Shown here one piece after another: positions 24,001-34,378 of a stretch of 64,000 nucleotides of DNA. Where the stretch lies: positions 62,001 through 126,000 of the forward strand of contig JAXLNO010000618.1 of assembly GCA_038087875.1 (NCBI GenBank), written 5' to 3'. The position numbers and the translations under genes were made by a program. Each line of letters opens with the position of its first letter. The stretch's first letter is position 1. The notes beneath the pieces are model-generated. The model had not been told where the DNA came from, did no database searches, and saw only the letters and a list, made by a program, of their open reading frames with translations. The DNA is from Malacoraja senta (taxonomy: Eukaryota).

Positions 24001-25120
24001 TCAGTGTGGTTAATGCCTGGTCTTTGGGGGAGCTTTTGAACGATGCCCATTTATTCTACAAATGTGAACTGTGTTTATTATTTTGACAGGGAATCACCCT
24101 TTTATAATCAGATTTGTTGTAATTATCGGAGGTCTGGCTGTTCTCATCATCATTATACTGGCAGTGGAGTGCTGTCAAAGAAAGCGCAAGCCTACAGGTA
24201 AAGTACATGAAGACATCCTTAATGCAGCACAGATTCCCCACATTATCAATCACAATGTTATCTCTGTTACAAGGAGAAAAGAACAATATGTTTTGGATAA
24301 GAAAAGTATCTGTTTGTGCTTATGTTGTTGAGAAATTGATTTCAGACTTTTTGTGTTCAATTAAAGCATTATTTATGCAATGTGGATTGTCTACCTGTCT
24401 ACCTGCGTTGCCAGGAGGAGTCTGCTGTATGATTTCAGGTGCTGTTCTGCAATGATCTGACCACGTGGTGATTGTGTCACCATCCCCTGTGTAAACCATT
24501 ATCAAATAAACATGCCAGAAGTTGAAGTATAGCTAGTGTAGTCATGTAGAAAATATGGTCCTCAATTTGCCCTCAACAAGTTCCTATTTACTGAGGGATG
24601 AATATTGGCCAGGAAACCAGGAGACCAAGGTATCTCCACTGCACTTTGGTGATTCACGTTCCTAAATCTATTGTGTCCCAAGAGGCCAGAAGGGGCCTCA
24701 GTTAAACAAATAATCTTTAATCTGGTGAGGCCAATGCTGCAGCAATCCCACATGGCAACAGAGAGTTTGGCTCAACTGTGTTCAAATTTGGGGTTGTGCC
24801 TGAGGGTTTATTCTGTGTTGTTGAACAAACTGATCAGACGGGTATCGGGCTAGTACAACAGTTCATCAAGGTCACTAACACATGGAATACTCAGTTCTTA
24901 AAGCTTCCCTTATATTTATATAAATCAACATTTTTTTTCCATGAAAAAAATAAACCATTCCAATAACTGATCATTAGAAATATAAAATTACACATTGAAT
25001 ATATTAACTGTATGTACAATTATAAATTCAGTTGCTTCTTTACTTGTCATCTTGACTTGTGAAAACTCTGCAGTGCAAAGATGCATTTGTCCATTCTCCA
25101 GATATTTTCAACTCTGCTAG
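8971..25120 (+). CDS. Spliced gene for a type I membrane IgSF receptor with 8 Ig domains (V-C2-V-C2)x2, CD4/LAG-3/G6F-like family (family call tentative)
   Basis: 11 exons (8971-9067, 10088-10429, 12919-13188, 14243-14572, 14651-14911, 15579-15923, 17041-17313, 18952-19290, 20097-20366, 24090-24197, 25074-25120), all with AG/GT ends and phase-1 junctions, join into one open frame of 2682 nt (893 aa + stop). An unseen small stalk or tail exon cannot be excluded. Confidence 0.8.
9157..9520. repeat. 60-bp minisatellite, about 6 copies, in the leader-D1 intron
   Basis: Unit ccattccacatccctgaatgtgttgctgcctcataaatccacaccatccttcctggacct. Confidence 0.95.
10088..10429 (+). CDS. Exon D1: V-like Ig domain with no cysteines
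   Basis: gcaacag| acceptor and g|gtgagt donor; 342 nt open; VVWEWKPH (C strand), LDLTI (E strand), WAGIFTL (F strand); clearly paralogous to D5. Confidence 0.85.
11040..12872 (+). mobile_element. Rex1/Babar-type non-LTR retrotransposon (disrupted RT) in the D1-D2 intron
   Basis: ORF 11134-12315: [38 protein letters not shown]; C-terminal [12 protein letters not shown] region; internal deletion near 12270. Confidence 0.9.
12919..13188 (+). CDS. Exon D2: C2-type Ig domain
   Basis: tttcacag| acceptor and t|gtaagt donor; DVTLSC...SLHW...KLYVC. Confidence 0.9.
14243..14572 (+). CDS. Exon D3: V-set Ig domain
   Basis: tgatacag| acceptor and g|gtagga donor; LHLVC...QWTW...GNRL...FSVRI...DAGVYTC. 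Confidence 0.92.
14651..14911 (+). CDS. Exon D4: C2-type Ig domain with WxC F-strand
   Basis: ttccacag| acceptor after a 78-nt intron and g|gtaagt donor; NVTLTC...RLVW...GNWRC. Confidence 0.92.
15579..15923 (+). CDS. Exon D5: cysteine-free V-like Ig domain (paralog of D1)
   Basis: tcctacag| acceptor and g|gtaata donor; DLEWRPHSG...LNLRI...[12 protein letters not shown]...WELFGIK matches D1. Confidence 0.85.
16533..16915. repeat. 53-bp G-rich minisatellite, about 7 copies, in the D5-D6 intron
   Basis: Unit caggaagtgttgatgtgggagacgagggggcgagggggacaggtggtcactac. Confidence 0.95.
17041..17313 (+). CDS. Exon D6: C2-type Ig domain (paralog of D2) lacking the F-strand Cys
   Basis: ttccacag| acceptor and g|gtgagt donor; DITLSC...SLHW...NLYTW; about 55/91 identical to D2 by manual alignment. 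Confidence 0.88.
17637..18310 (-). mobile_element. Rex1/Babar-like 3' fragment (second subfamily)
   Basis: ORF 17882-18277: [13 protein letters not shown]...[10 protein letters not shown]...SDPSHPGH; (attctg)n-type tail. Confidence 0.85.
18447..18845 (+). mobile_element. CR1 ORF2 C-terminal fragment
   Basis: [13 protein letters not shown] region. Confidence 0.85.
18952..19290 (+). CDS. Exon D7: V-set Ig domain (paralog of D3); not shown as a full ORF in the supplied track
   Basis: ctcttgcag| acceptor and g|gtagga donor; manual translation is open: [23 protein letters not shown]...KWTW...GNRL...[18 protein letters not shown]...IELITAT. Confidence 0.92.
20097..20366 (+). CDS. Exon D8: C2-type Ig domain with WxC (paralog of D4)
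   Basis: ttccacag| acceptor and a|gtaagt donor; [12 protein letters not shown]...RLVW...SKWTC. Confidence 0.92.
20480..20960 (-). mobile_element. Degenerate RTE/BovB-like LINE remnant
   Basis: Decayed [16 protein letters not shown] and ASETWTTY motifs. Confidence 0.55.
20978..21290 (+). mobile_element. tRNA-derived SINE (V-SINE/HE1-like); related copies at 53350-53645, 62100-62365 and 41930-42130
   Basis: A-box-like ggcggctcagtggt, B box ggttcaatcc, central gagtttg...ctcc...gggttttctcc domain, (ctaaa)n tail. Confidence 0.8.
22484..23240 (+). mobile_element. Rex1/Babar 3' fragment
   Basis: ORF 22495-23028 is the same family as 12200-12870; tgacaataaa tail. Confidence 0.9.
24090..24197 (+). 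CDS. Transmembrane exon ([36 protein letters not shown])
   Basis: ttttgacag| acceptor in matching phase; hydrophobic helix followed by CC and a basic stop-transfer run; g|gtaaag donor. Confidence 0.85.
25074..25120 (+). CDS. Candidate terminal cytoplasmic exon ([15 protein letters not shown])
   Basis: ctctgcag| acceptor with an upstream pyrimidine tract; the phase-1 reading gives CxCP and SxYxxL, then TAG at 25118-25120. Exon choice is inferred. Confidence 0.55.
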
Positions 25121-25899
25121 ATACCTCCACATGTTGGCCTTACCTCATTCATGGTCTCCTGTGACCTTCCCATCCATGTTCTGTCCAGCAATGGCTCTAT
25201 CGTGGAATCCATACCGTAACTCAAATCCATGCTCATCCTGTGCCTCATATTCTCCATCACCATCTTCTTGGGCATCCTGTCCATGTAACACATGATCTAT
25301 CCATGTAATTTGACTTCTGTCACTTATTCCCATCATTGCACCACCATTTTATTCACAATATTTTTCCTGAACTGAATCCAAATTCTTGGATTATCAAATA
25401 AGATTTAAACCTGTGCTTCTGGACTATTAATCTCAAAGAGTCTTGGATTAATATCCAGTTAACCTATGACAATCCAAAAGTACATCAAAATAAGCAAACT
25501 AAATATGTACCCATTAACAGGAGTCAGCACAACACATTTGAAAGTAAGTTGGAGAGAAACACATCACCAATTCTGAATATGGTAATGTTGGGAAAAATTA
25601 ATTACATATTGTGTTTATCATATTTGTGGAAAACGGAGTTAATGGAATCTCTATTGCGTTTTGTTCAATGTGTGAAATTAAATTGTGTAAAATCATGAGG
25701 GGAATAGATAGGGTGAGTGTGCAGAGTCTTTGACCCAGTATAAAGTAATCAAAAACTAGAAGACATAGGTTTAAGTTGAGAGGAACCTGAGTGGCAGCTT
25801 TTTCACTCAGATGATGGTGGTTATATGGAACAAGCTGACAGAGAAGGTCGTTGAGGAAGGAACTATAACTGCATTTAAAAGAACTTAGGTAGGTACATG

Positions 25900-26812
25900 A
25901 ACCACCGGGTGGCGTCGCAATGGCTGCCTCGCCAACAGTCTGTCTCGTCCTTTTCCTTCTTTGATGTTTTTTAGTATGTGTTAAATGGATGTTTTAGTGT
26001 TCTTTAGCTTTATTTTATGTGGGGGGTGGAGGGAGGTTGGGGGAACCTTTTTAAATCTCTTACCTCGACGAAGATGCATTTTTTTCCGTATCGTATCTCC
26101 ATCTGCACTGTGGCCTAACATCGAGGTGCTGGCGGCCTCTTGCTGGGGATTGACTTTGGGAGTTCCAACCGCGGGAGCCTGCAGGACTTAACATCATGGA
26201 GCTGATGGTCCCTGTCGGGGATCGACCTTGGAGCTCCAACCGTGGGAGCCTGCAGGATATAACATCGTGGAGCACGTGGTCCCTTGGTTAGGGATCGACT
26301 ACGGGAGCTCCAACCGTGGGAGCCTGCAGGATATAACATCGTGAAGCACGTGGTCCCTGTCGGGGATCGACTACGGGAGCTCCAACCGTGGGAGCCTGCG
26401 GATTTAGCATCGTGGAGCACGTGGTCCCTTGTTTAGGGATCGACTACGGAAGCTCCAACCGTGGAGCCTGCGGATTTAGCATCGTGAAGCACGTGGTCCC
26501 TTGGTTAGGGATCAACTTCGGGAGCTCCAAGCCGCACGAGCTTCGACCGCCCTGACCTGGGGGCTTCAATCGTCAGCTGTGGGAGCTTCCATCACCCCGA
26601 CTGCGAATGGTTCGACTGCCCCAACCGCGGGAGAATAAAGAGTGAAGAAGATTAGAATTTATCGCCTTCCATCACAGTGAGGAATGTGGAGAATCCACTG
26701 TGGTGGATGTTTATATTAACTTTTCTGTAGTTGTGTGTCTTGTTGCTTTTTCTAGTATGACGATGATAAATTGAGTTTAATTGCACCTTAATTGGTGCAC
26801 ATGACAATAAAA
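25900..26812 (+). repeat. Interspersed SINE-like element with an internal tandem array of about 61 bp (26130-26560)
   Basis: Repeated gggatcgactacgggagctccaaccgtgggagcctgc units; Rex1-type tgacaataaa 3' tail. Confidence 0.55.
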
Positions 26813-26851
26813 TACATTTGAAGCTTTGGAGAAGAAAGGTTAAGGTCATGG

Positions 26852-27078
26852 TGTAGCGGAGCCTGCTGGCGCACGTAGATACCGAACCCGGCGTTGGGAA
26901 GCCACGGTCACGTGACTCGGGAGGGGCTGCTGTTTTCGTGCGGTTTCGTTTTTGCGCCACAGTTGGTTTGCTGACCACCGTTGTGATCAGACGTGTATGC
27001 AGAGACCTGTTTGCTAAGGAGCGAGTGTTCAATAAAAACCGTTCAGAAAACGTAGTCGTCGTTTCTGCATCCGCTAAA
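26852..27078 (+). mobile_element. Solo LTR (Gypsy-like), 227 bp
   Basis: Termini tgtagcgg...ccgctaaa (one mismatch from a perfect inverted repeat); 4-bp TSD atgg on both sides; internal aataaa. Confidence 0.8.
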
Positions 27079-28784
27079 ATGGGTCAATTGCAGGCACATG
27101 GGACTATCTTGGATGGGGCAACTTGGATGGTATAGACTAGTTGAGCCAAAGGACATGGTTCTGTGCTGTATGACTCTATGACTCTTTGACTTTATAAAAG
27201 GTGAAAACAATTTATATTGTGCCCTCTCTCTGAACAGGTTTGGGCAATCAAAGACAGACAGCTCCACCATCAAAAAGAAACACAGAAGGTGAATCTCACC
27301 TTTAAGGCAACCTTGAAGAAATTCAGCAGATGGCAGGTGTAGTGGCCATTTGGCCTGTTTTGCATGTCATTGATGATGGCATGTGCCTTTAAATTTTAGA
27401 CTGCCCGTTGTACTGTGGATGGGATTTATGGCGTGTTTTGGGGCGTGTTTGGAACTTAGATGCTTGCGCAGAAGTCTAGTTTTTAGATTAGTTTGGAGAG
27501 ACGACGGAGAAGGTCAATCCTTCGACCATGTCAATGTTACGGAGACACGAGGAGTTTTGTAATGTTTAAAGTTGCAAGTTGGAATTGAAGGAAGATTGCA
27601 GTAACGAGTCGGAAGAAACTTGGATGTATCTTGCTGTTTACCTTCAACAATAAAGCATTTATTCAACAAAAGACTGTGTGTTGAAGCTTTATGAGTGAAG
27701 AAGCTCTGAAGGTCTCTGAGGAAGCTTGCATGCGTATCGAAGATATTCCCTTATCCATTCTCATCCAAATAGCGGCTAGAGAATTCGTTTCTCGAAAGAT
27801 AAGAAAAATCTGCCGTTACAATAAGTCGAAGGGAACCTCCGGCAGGGGGGTTAAATACTAGTCCCAGAGAGTGGGACAGAAGATTAAATCGAAGGGAACC
27901 TCCGGCAGGGGGGTTAAATACTAGAAAGGGACATTGAGTGTGGTCTTTGACTGTGCTGCAGTCTTTAAAGGTACATCGCTTAACGGTGAACTACTGCAAG
28001 GTCCAGACCTTACCAACTCACTCATTGGAGTTCTCATCAAATTTAGGCAAGAACCGATTGCTTTAATGGCTGACATCAGATCGATGTTTCATCAAGTGAA
28101 AGTAGCTGGTGAACATATTGATTACCTGCGATTCTTATGGTGGCCTGAAGGGGATGTGCAGCAAGATCTTGTTGATTACCGGATGAAAGTACATCTCTTT
28201 GGAGCAGTGTCATCTCCAAGTTGTGCGAACTTCGCTTTAAGGAACACCACAGAGGATAATAAAGATTATTTCCCAGAGGAGGTAATTTCCACTTTGAAAA
28301 ATAATTTCTACGTGGACGATTGCCTAAAATCCATATCTACTGAGCAGAAAGCAATTCAAATGGTAAAACACCTGACCTCTCTCTGCAATAAGGGAGGATT
28401 TGTACTTTCCAAGTGGATCAGCAACAATCGTGTTGTATTGGAAAGCATTCCACCAGATGACAGAGCTGAAGAAACCAAGGAGTTGGATTTAGTTAAAGAC
28501 AATTTGCCAATGGAAAGGGCACTGGGACTGCACTGGTGCATGGAGACGGATGTGTTTAAGTTTAAATTGTCGATTCAGGAGCGACCATGTACAAGAAGGG
28601 ATATCTTTTCTGTGATTGGCTCAGTATACAACCCTTTGGGATTTCTTGCACCATTTACACTGCCAGCCAAGTTAATTTTACAAAACCTTTGTAAGGAAAA
28701 ACTTGGATGGGATGAGAGTATAACTCAAACATCCTCGCACCGTTGGCCAGAATGGTTAACGGACTCCATAAAATGTCAAAGTTT

Positions 28785-31700
28785 TTTTTTTCTTACAATT
28801 AATGTACTCCCTTTATTTATTTTTTTACACTAGAAAAAGAAAAGATTGAAAGAAAGAAGAAAGTGAAGGAAAAAGTGTAAGTGTAGAAAAGTGTAGAAAA
28901 TGTAACAACAAAAAAGGACGAAGACCCTATAAGAGCGAAATTAAAAACAAAAAGAAAAAGAGTTAAGAAATAGGCCCTAAGAAAAGAAAAGAGAAAGAGA
29001 AAAAAAGAGAAACAAATGTTTTTTTTTGAGCATCACGTAAATAGGACATACCAACTCTTCAACTATCATCCCCCCTTACCTGACCTCAATTTTTTATTTT
29101 TTTAAAGTACTTTTGCACCCTATGTTTGTAATAATTCTATAAATGCAGACCACGTCAGGTGGAAGTGATCTGGTTTACCTGCTAGGAGGAGTCTTATCTC
29201 TTCTAGGTGTAATGTTTCAAACATATTTGAAATCCACATATTTATAGTTGGTATTGGAGCCTTCTTCCAAAATTTTAGAATTAGCTTTTTTCCAGTTATT
29301 AACCCATAGTCCATTAATTTCTTTTGAAACACATTTAGTTCTGGATCATCTTCCGTTATTCCGAAGATAATCCATTCTGCTTTGGGTATCAGTCTTGTTT
29401 TAAATAACTTTGTAAAGATTTCAAAAATTTCATTCCAAAATTTTTGAATTTTTGTAGAGAAGACAAATGAGTGCGCTATAGTTGCTTCTTGGGATTGACA
29501 TTTATCACAAATAGATGATACGTTTGGGAAAATTTTATGAATTTTAGTTTTCGAATAATATAATCTATGTAAAATTTTAAATTGTATTAAAGTGTGTCTT
29601 ACATTAATCGAGCATTTATGCACGTTTAATAAGTATTCATTCCAACTTTCCTTTGACATTTTAATAGCTAACTCTTGTTCCCAGTCTCTTCTGATACCCT
29701 CCGTAGGTGGTATTTGTACATTTAAAATAATATTATACAAATATGATATTAAGTTTGCTGATTCCGCTTTTATCTGCATTGCCTCGTCCAATACATCTAC
29801 TGGATTATTATAATGATCTTTTGTATATTTTTTCAAATAGTCGCATATTTGAAAATATTTAAAATATTGATTATTTCCGAGTTTATATTTTATTTGTAAT
29901 TGTTGAAATGAAAGTAATTTTCCAGTTTCATACAAGTCACCAAGCGTTTTAATTCCTAGTCTATCCCATTGTGTATAAGCTTTATCTATAATAGAAGGAC
30001 TAAACGAAGGGTTATTGACTATAGGTAATAAAAGTGATAAGTTTCTTAATTTTAAATTTTGTTTTATTTGTTTCCAAATACGGATTGTACTATGAATAAT
30101 TGGGTTCTTATTATAGTTTATGTTATTCAGTTTCATTGGAGAGAGGAGGATCGCTCCAATGTTTCTAGAGGAGCAATCCTCTTTCTCCATTACAATCCAG
30201 TCTACTTGCTGGGCGGAGTTATCCATCAGTTGAATCATGTTTTTAATATTTACTGACCAATAATAATACATAGAATTAGGTAGTGCTAGACCCCCCAATA
30301 CTTTAGGTTTATTCAGATGGTTTTTTTGTATTCTATGTGATTTATAGTCCCATATAAAATTAGTGATATCTGAGTCGAGTTTTTTAAAAAACTTCTTAGG
30401 TAAGTATATAGGAATTGATTGAAATAGGTATAAAATTTGTGGTTAAAAAGATCATTTTTATTGCGTTTATTCGGCCTATTAAAGACATCGGGAGCGTTTT
30501 CCAGAATTTAATTAATGTATTTAGTTTATTAAGTAGGGGGTCAAAATTTGCCCTGAACATACCTTGATATGTTCTGGTAATTTCGATTCCCAAATATTTA
30601 AATTTTTCTGTAGCTATTTTAAAAGGGAATTTTAAAAGATGTGTTGAATCTTTCGGTTTTATTGACATAATTTCACTTTTATTCCAATTTATTCTATATC
30701 CAGAAAAAGATCCGAAGTCTTCAATTAAATTTAATATATTTGGTATAGTGATTTGAGGTTTTGTAATATACAATAATATATCATCCGCGTATAAAGATAT
30801 TTTATTATATGAGTCTTTAGTATTATATCCATGAATATCAGGGTGTATTCTAATTTTTTCTGCTAGCGGTTCAATAATGAGAGCAAACAGCTGTGGTGAT
30901 AATGAGCATTCTTGTCTATTTCCCCTTGATAGTTGAAATTTCGAGGATAATATGTTATTAGTAAGTATTCTAGCTGTAGGTTTGTTATATAGTAACTTAA
31001 TCCATAAAATAAAATTCTCTCCCAGTTGAAATTTTTGTAATACTTTATCCATATAATTCCATTCTACTTGATCAAATGCTTTTTCAGCATCCAGCGAAAT
31101 AATTGATAATTCTTGATCTTCAGATTTGTGTGAGTGCATTATGTTGAGTAGACGTCTCATATTATTAGAAGAGTATCTCTTAGGGATAAACCCCGTCTGA
31201 TCTGGGTTTATTAATTTACTAATGTATTTACTTAATCTTCTAGCTAATGTTTTCGCTAATATTTTTTGATCTGTGTTTAACAATGCTATCGCTCTATATG
31301 AGCCAGGTTCTTCTAAATCTTTATTTTTCTTAGGTATTAATGTAATCGTTGATTCCGCTAATGTATCAGGTAGTATTCGTTTTTTAAAAGCGTATTGGTA
31401 CATTTTTTGTAATCTTGGTATTATTTTATCATAAAAGCTTTTATAAAATTCATTAGTAAATCCATCAGGGCCTGGTGTTTTTCCATTTTTTAATGAGTTT
31501 ATTGTATCTTCTAATTCCTTAATTGAGATTTGTGCACCCAGTTCCTCTTGTTCCTTCAGCTCTAACTTTGGAAGATTACAGGTATCCAAGAACTTTGTGA
31601 TATTATTGGAATCAATTATCGTTTTAGATGTATACAAATTCTCGTAAAATTGCGCAAATCTTTTATTAATATCCTTCGGTGTTGTTAATAATTCCCCTTT

Positions 31701-32187
31701 ATCTGATTTGATCTTTGGTATAGTATGTTCCTTTTCTCGTTTTTTTAGCTGGCGAGCCAAAAGTTTATGCGGTTTATCCCCAAATTCAAAGTGCTCTTGT
31801 TTTGTAATTTGAAAAAGTCTTATAAGTTTGGCAGATAATAATTTATTTAATTTAAATTTTAAAATTATTATTTTATTATGTTTATCTATTGATGGATCTT
31901 TAGCATTATCTATATTCATTTGTCTAATAAGTTCTTCTAATTGTCTTTGTTCATTCTTATTCTTTTTATTTTGAAAAGCTTGATATGAAATTATAATACC
32001 CCTAATGTATGCTTTAAAAGATTCCCAAAGTAAAGTAGGCGATATATCTGAAGTATCATTTGTTTGAAAAAATACCTCCATTTGTTCTTTTAAATATATA
32101 CTCGCTTGTGGATCTTTTAAAATTTGAGAGTTAAATCTCCAGAATGATTTATTCTTAGACAATCCTTCCAGTTTTAAAAAGAAAGTT
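28785..32187 (-). mobile_element. 5'-truncated L1 (ORF2 RT plus C-terminus and 3' UTR) inserted in BEL pol
   Basis: ORFs 30396-32162 (KTPGPDGF, LDAEKAFD, LYADD) and 29120-30298; one frameshift; flanked by a 373-bp direct repeat. Confidence 0.95.
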
Positions 32188-33934
32188 AGTGGATCAGCAA
32201 CAATCGTGTTGTATTGGAAAGCATTCCACCAGATGACAGAGATGAAGAAACCAAGGAGTTGGATTTAGTTAAAAACAATTTGCCAATGGAAAGGGCACTG
32301 GGACTGCACTGGTGCATGGAGACGGATGTGTTTAAGTTTAAATTGTCGATTCAGGAGCGACCATGTACAAGAAGGGATATCTTTTCTGTGATTGGCTCAG
32401 TATACAACCCTTTGGGATTTCTTGCACCATTTACACTGCCAGCCAAGTTAATTTTACAAAACCTTTGTAAGGAAAAACTTGGATAGGATGAGAGTATAAC
32501 TCAAACATCCACGCACCGTTGGCCAGAATGGTTAACGGACTCCATAAAATTTCAAAGTTTAAGGTGGATCGGTGCATAAAGCCTAAAAACTTTGGTAAGA
32601 TCAGTAGTGCACAATTGCATCATTTTTCGGATGTCAGTGAAAGTGGTTACAGGACTGTTTCATATTAAAGACTGCAAAATGTTAGCAAAAGAGTGCATGT
32701 TGCATTCTTAATGAGAAAAGCCAGAGTGGCACCACTGAAACAAATGACGATTCCCAGAATGGAACTTACAGCAGCAGTCTTAGCTGTTAAAATTGACATA
32801 ATGCTGCAAAAGGAACTACAATTTCAACTGGAAGAATCTATCTTCTGGACCGATAGCACTACGGTTCTGAAATACATCAATAATGAAAACAAACGCTTTA
32901 TGACATCTGTAGCAAATAGAGTCTCCTTTGTATTGGGAGCTACTAATGTTTCTCAATGGAGATATGTTAGCACCAAAGAAAATCCTGCGGATGAAGCCTC
33001 TAGAGGACTAACAGCAAATTGTTTTCTAAACAACAGGAGATGGATCAATGTGCCCAAGTTTCTTTGTGAACAAAGCAGAGAATGGCCAAAGCTTGAACTC
33101 GGATATGAAATCTCTGTAAATGAACCGGAAATTAAACAAAACATTTCGGTGATTGTGATTGCTAAAGACTCATATGACACCGTGAACAATTTAATTACCC
33201 ACTTTTCATCATGGAATAAATTGATAACTTCTTAAGATAAATTGATAATTGTTCTTAAAATAAAAACAAGAATATTGCTGGCGGCTCGGGAAATGAGACA
33301 AATTACAGAGTATCCTGAGAGAGAATCCTGATAAACGGAAAGGAGAGATTGAAGGCCAGATGCAAGTTTTTGAAGGATTTACGTCTTGATGATGTCCTCA
33401 AGGCGGAAAATGCGATCATCTCTTTCTGTCAAAGACAGAAATACAAAGAAGAAATATTAACATTGGAAGCTGGAGGACAGGGGGTAAAAAGAAACAGTCA
33501 ATTGTACAAGCTCGACCCAGTCTGGGAGGAAGGTCTTCTGCGGATGGGTGGTCGCCTAAACAAATTGGCAATGCCCGTAAAAACTAAACATCCTATCATT
33601 CTCTCAAAGGACTTTTACATAACGACATTATTTTTACGACATATTCATGAACAAGTTAGACATGGAGGAAGAAATTATATGTTGTCCCAACTTGGTAACA
33701 AATATTGGGTTATCAAGGCTGATTCTGCAGCATCACGAGGTTCTTGGTTGATGGGAAGAATACTAGAAATCATGCCTCACGTTCGGGGTTTGGTGCGTAT
33801 GGTACGTCTTAAAACAAAAAACTATGTTTTAATAAGACCAATAACCAAGTTGTGTTTGCTTCTAGAAGGCGAAGGTGAAGATGGAAGAGTCGATGAAGGG
33901 CCATGATTGCGGATATATAGTGCATGCAATTTTT

Positions 33935-34009
33935 TCCTCGTTAGTATCGTGTTTAGTATCCCTGCCTGTCACGCGTTAGACCGGGGTTCAATTTGCCGAC
34001 GAGGAGCCA
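33935..34009 (+). pseudogene. Decayed tRNA-Asp(GTC) copy followed by CCA, inside the BEL 3' internal region
   Basis: 72 nt colinear with the canonical vertebrate tRNA-Asp(GTC) as I recall it (about 10 mismatches); anticodon at 33968-33970; acceptor stem perfect; anticodon and T stems damaged. Confidence 0.8.
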
Positions 34010-34378
34010 CATGGTTTAATTCCCTGACCTTTTGCTTTTGATATATGTATAGCCTTTATGGCCATTTTTTAAATGTTTATTAGTAATTGCCTCATTAGAT
34101 ACTCGGAACAATTAGGAGCCGGTATGTAGTGGCCATTTGGCCTGTTTTGCATGTCACTGATGATGGCATGTGCCTTTAAATTTTAGACTGCCCGTTGTAT
34201 TGTGGGTGGGATTTATGACGTGTTTTTAGGCGTGTTTGGAGCTTAGATGCTTGCGCAGAAGTCTAGTTTTTAGATTAGTTTGGAGAGACGATGGAGAAGG
34301 TCAATCCTTCGACCATGTCAATGTTACGGAGACACGAGGAGTGTTGTAATGTTTAAAGTTGCAAGTTGGAATTGAAGG

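Noticed and set aside
8971-25120. Assigning the gene symbol CD4 or LAG3
   Set aside because: Eight domains, cysteine-free D1/D5, a multicopy cluster and no visible syntenic neighbours mean orthology cannot be shown from this window.
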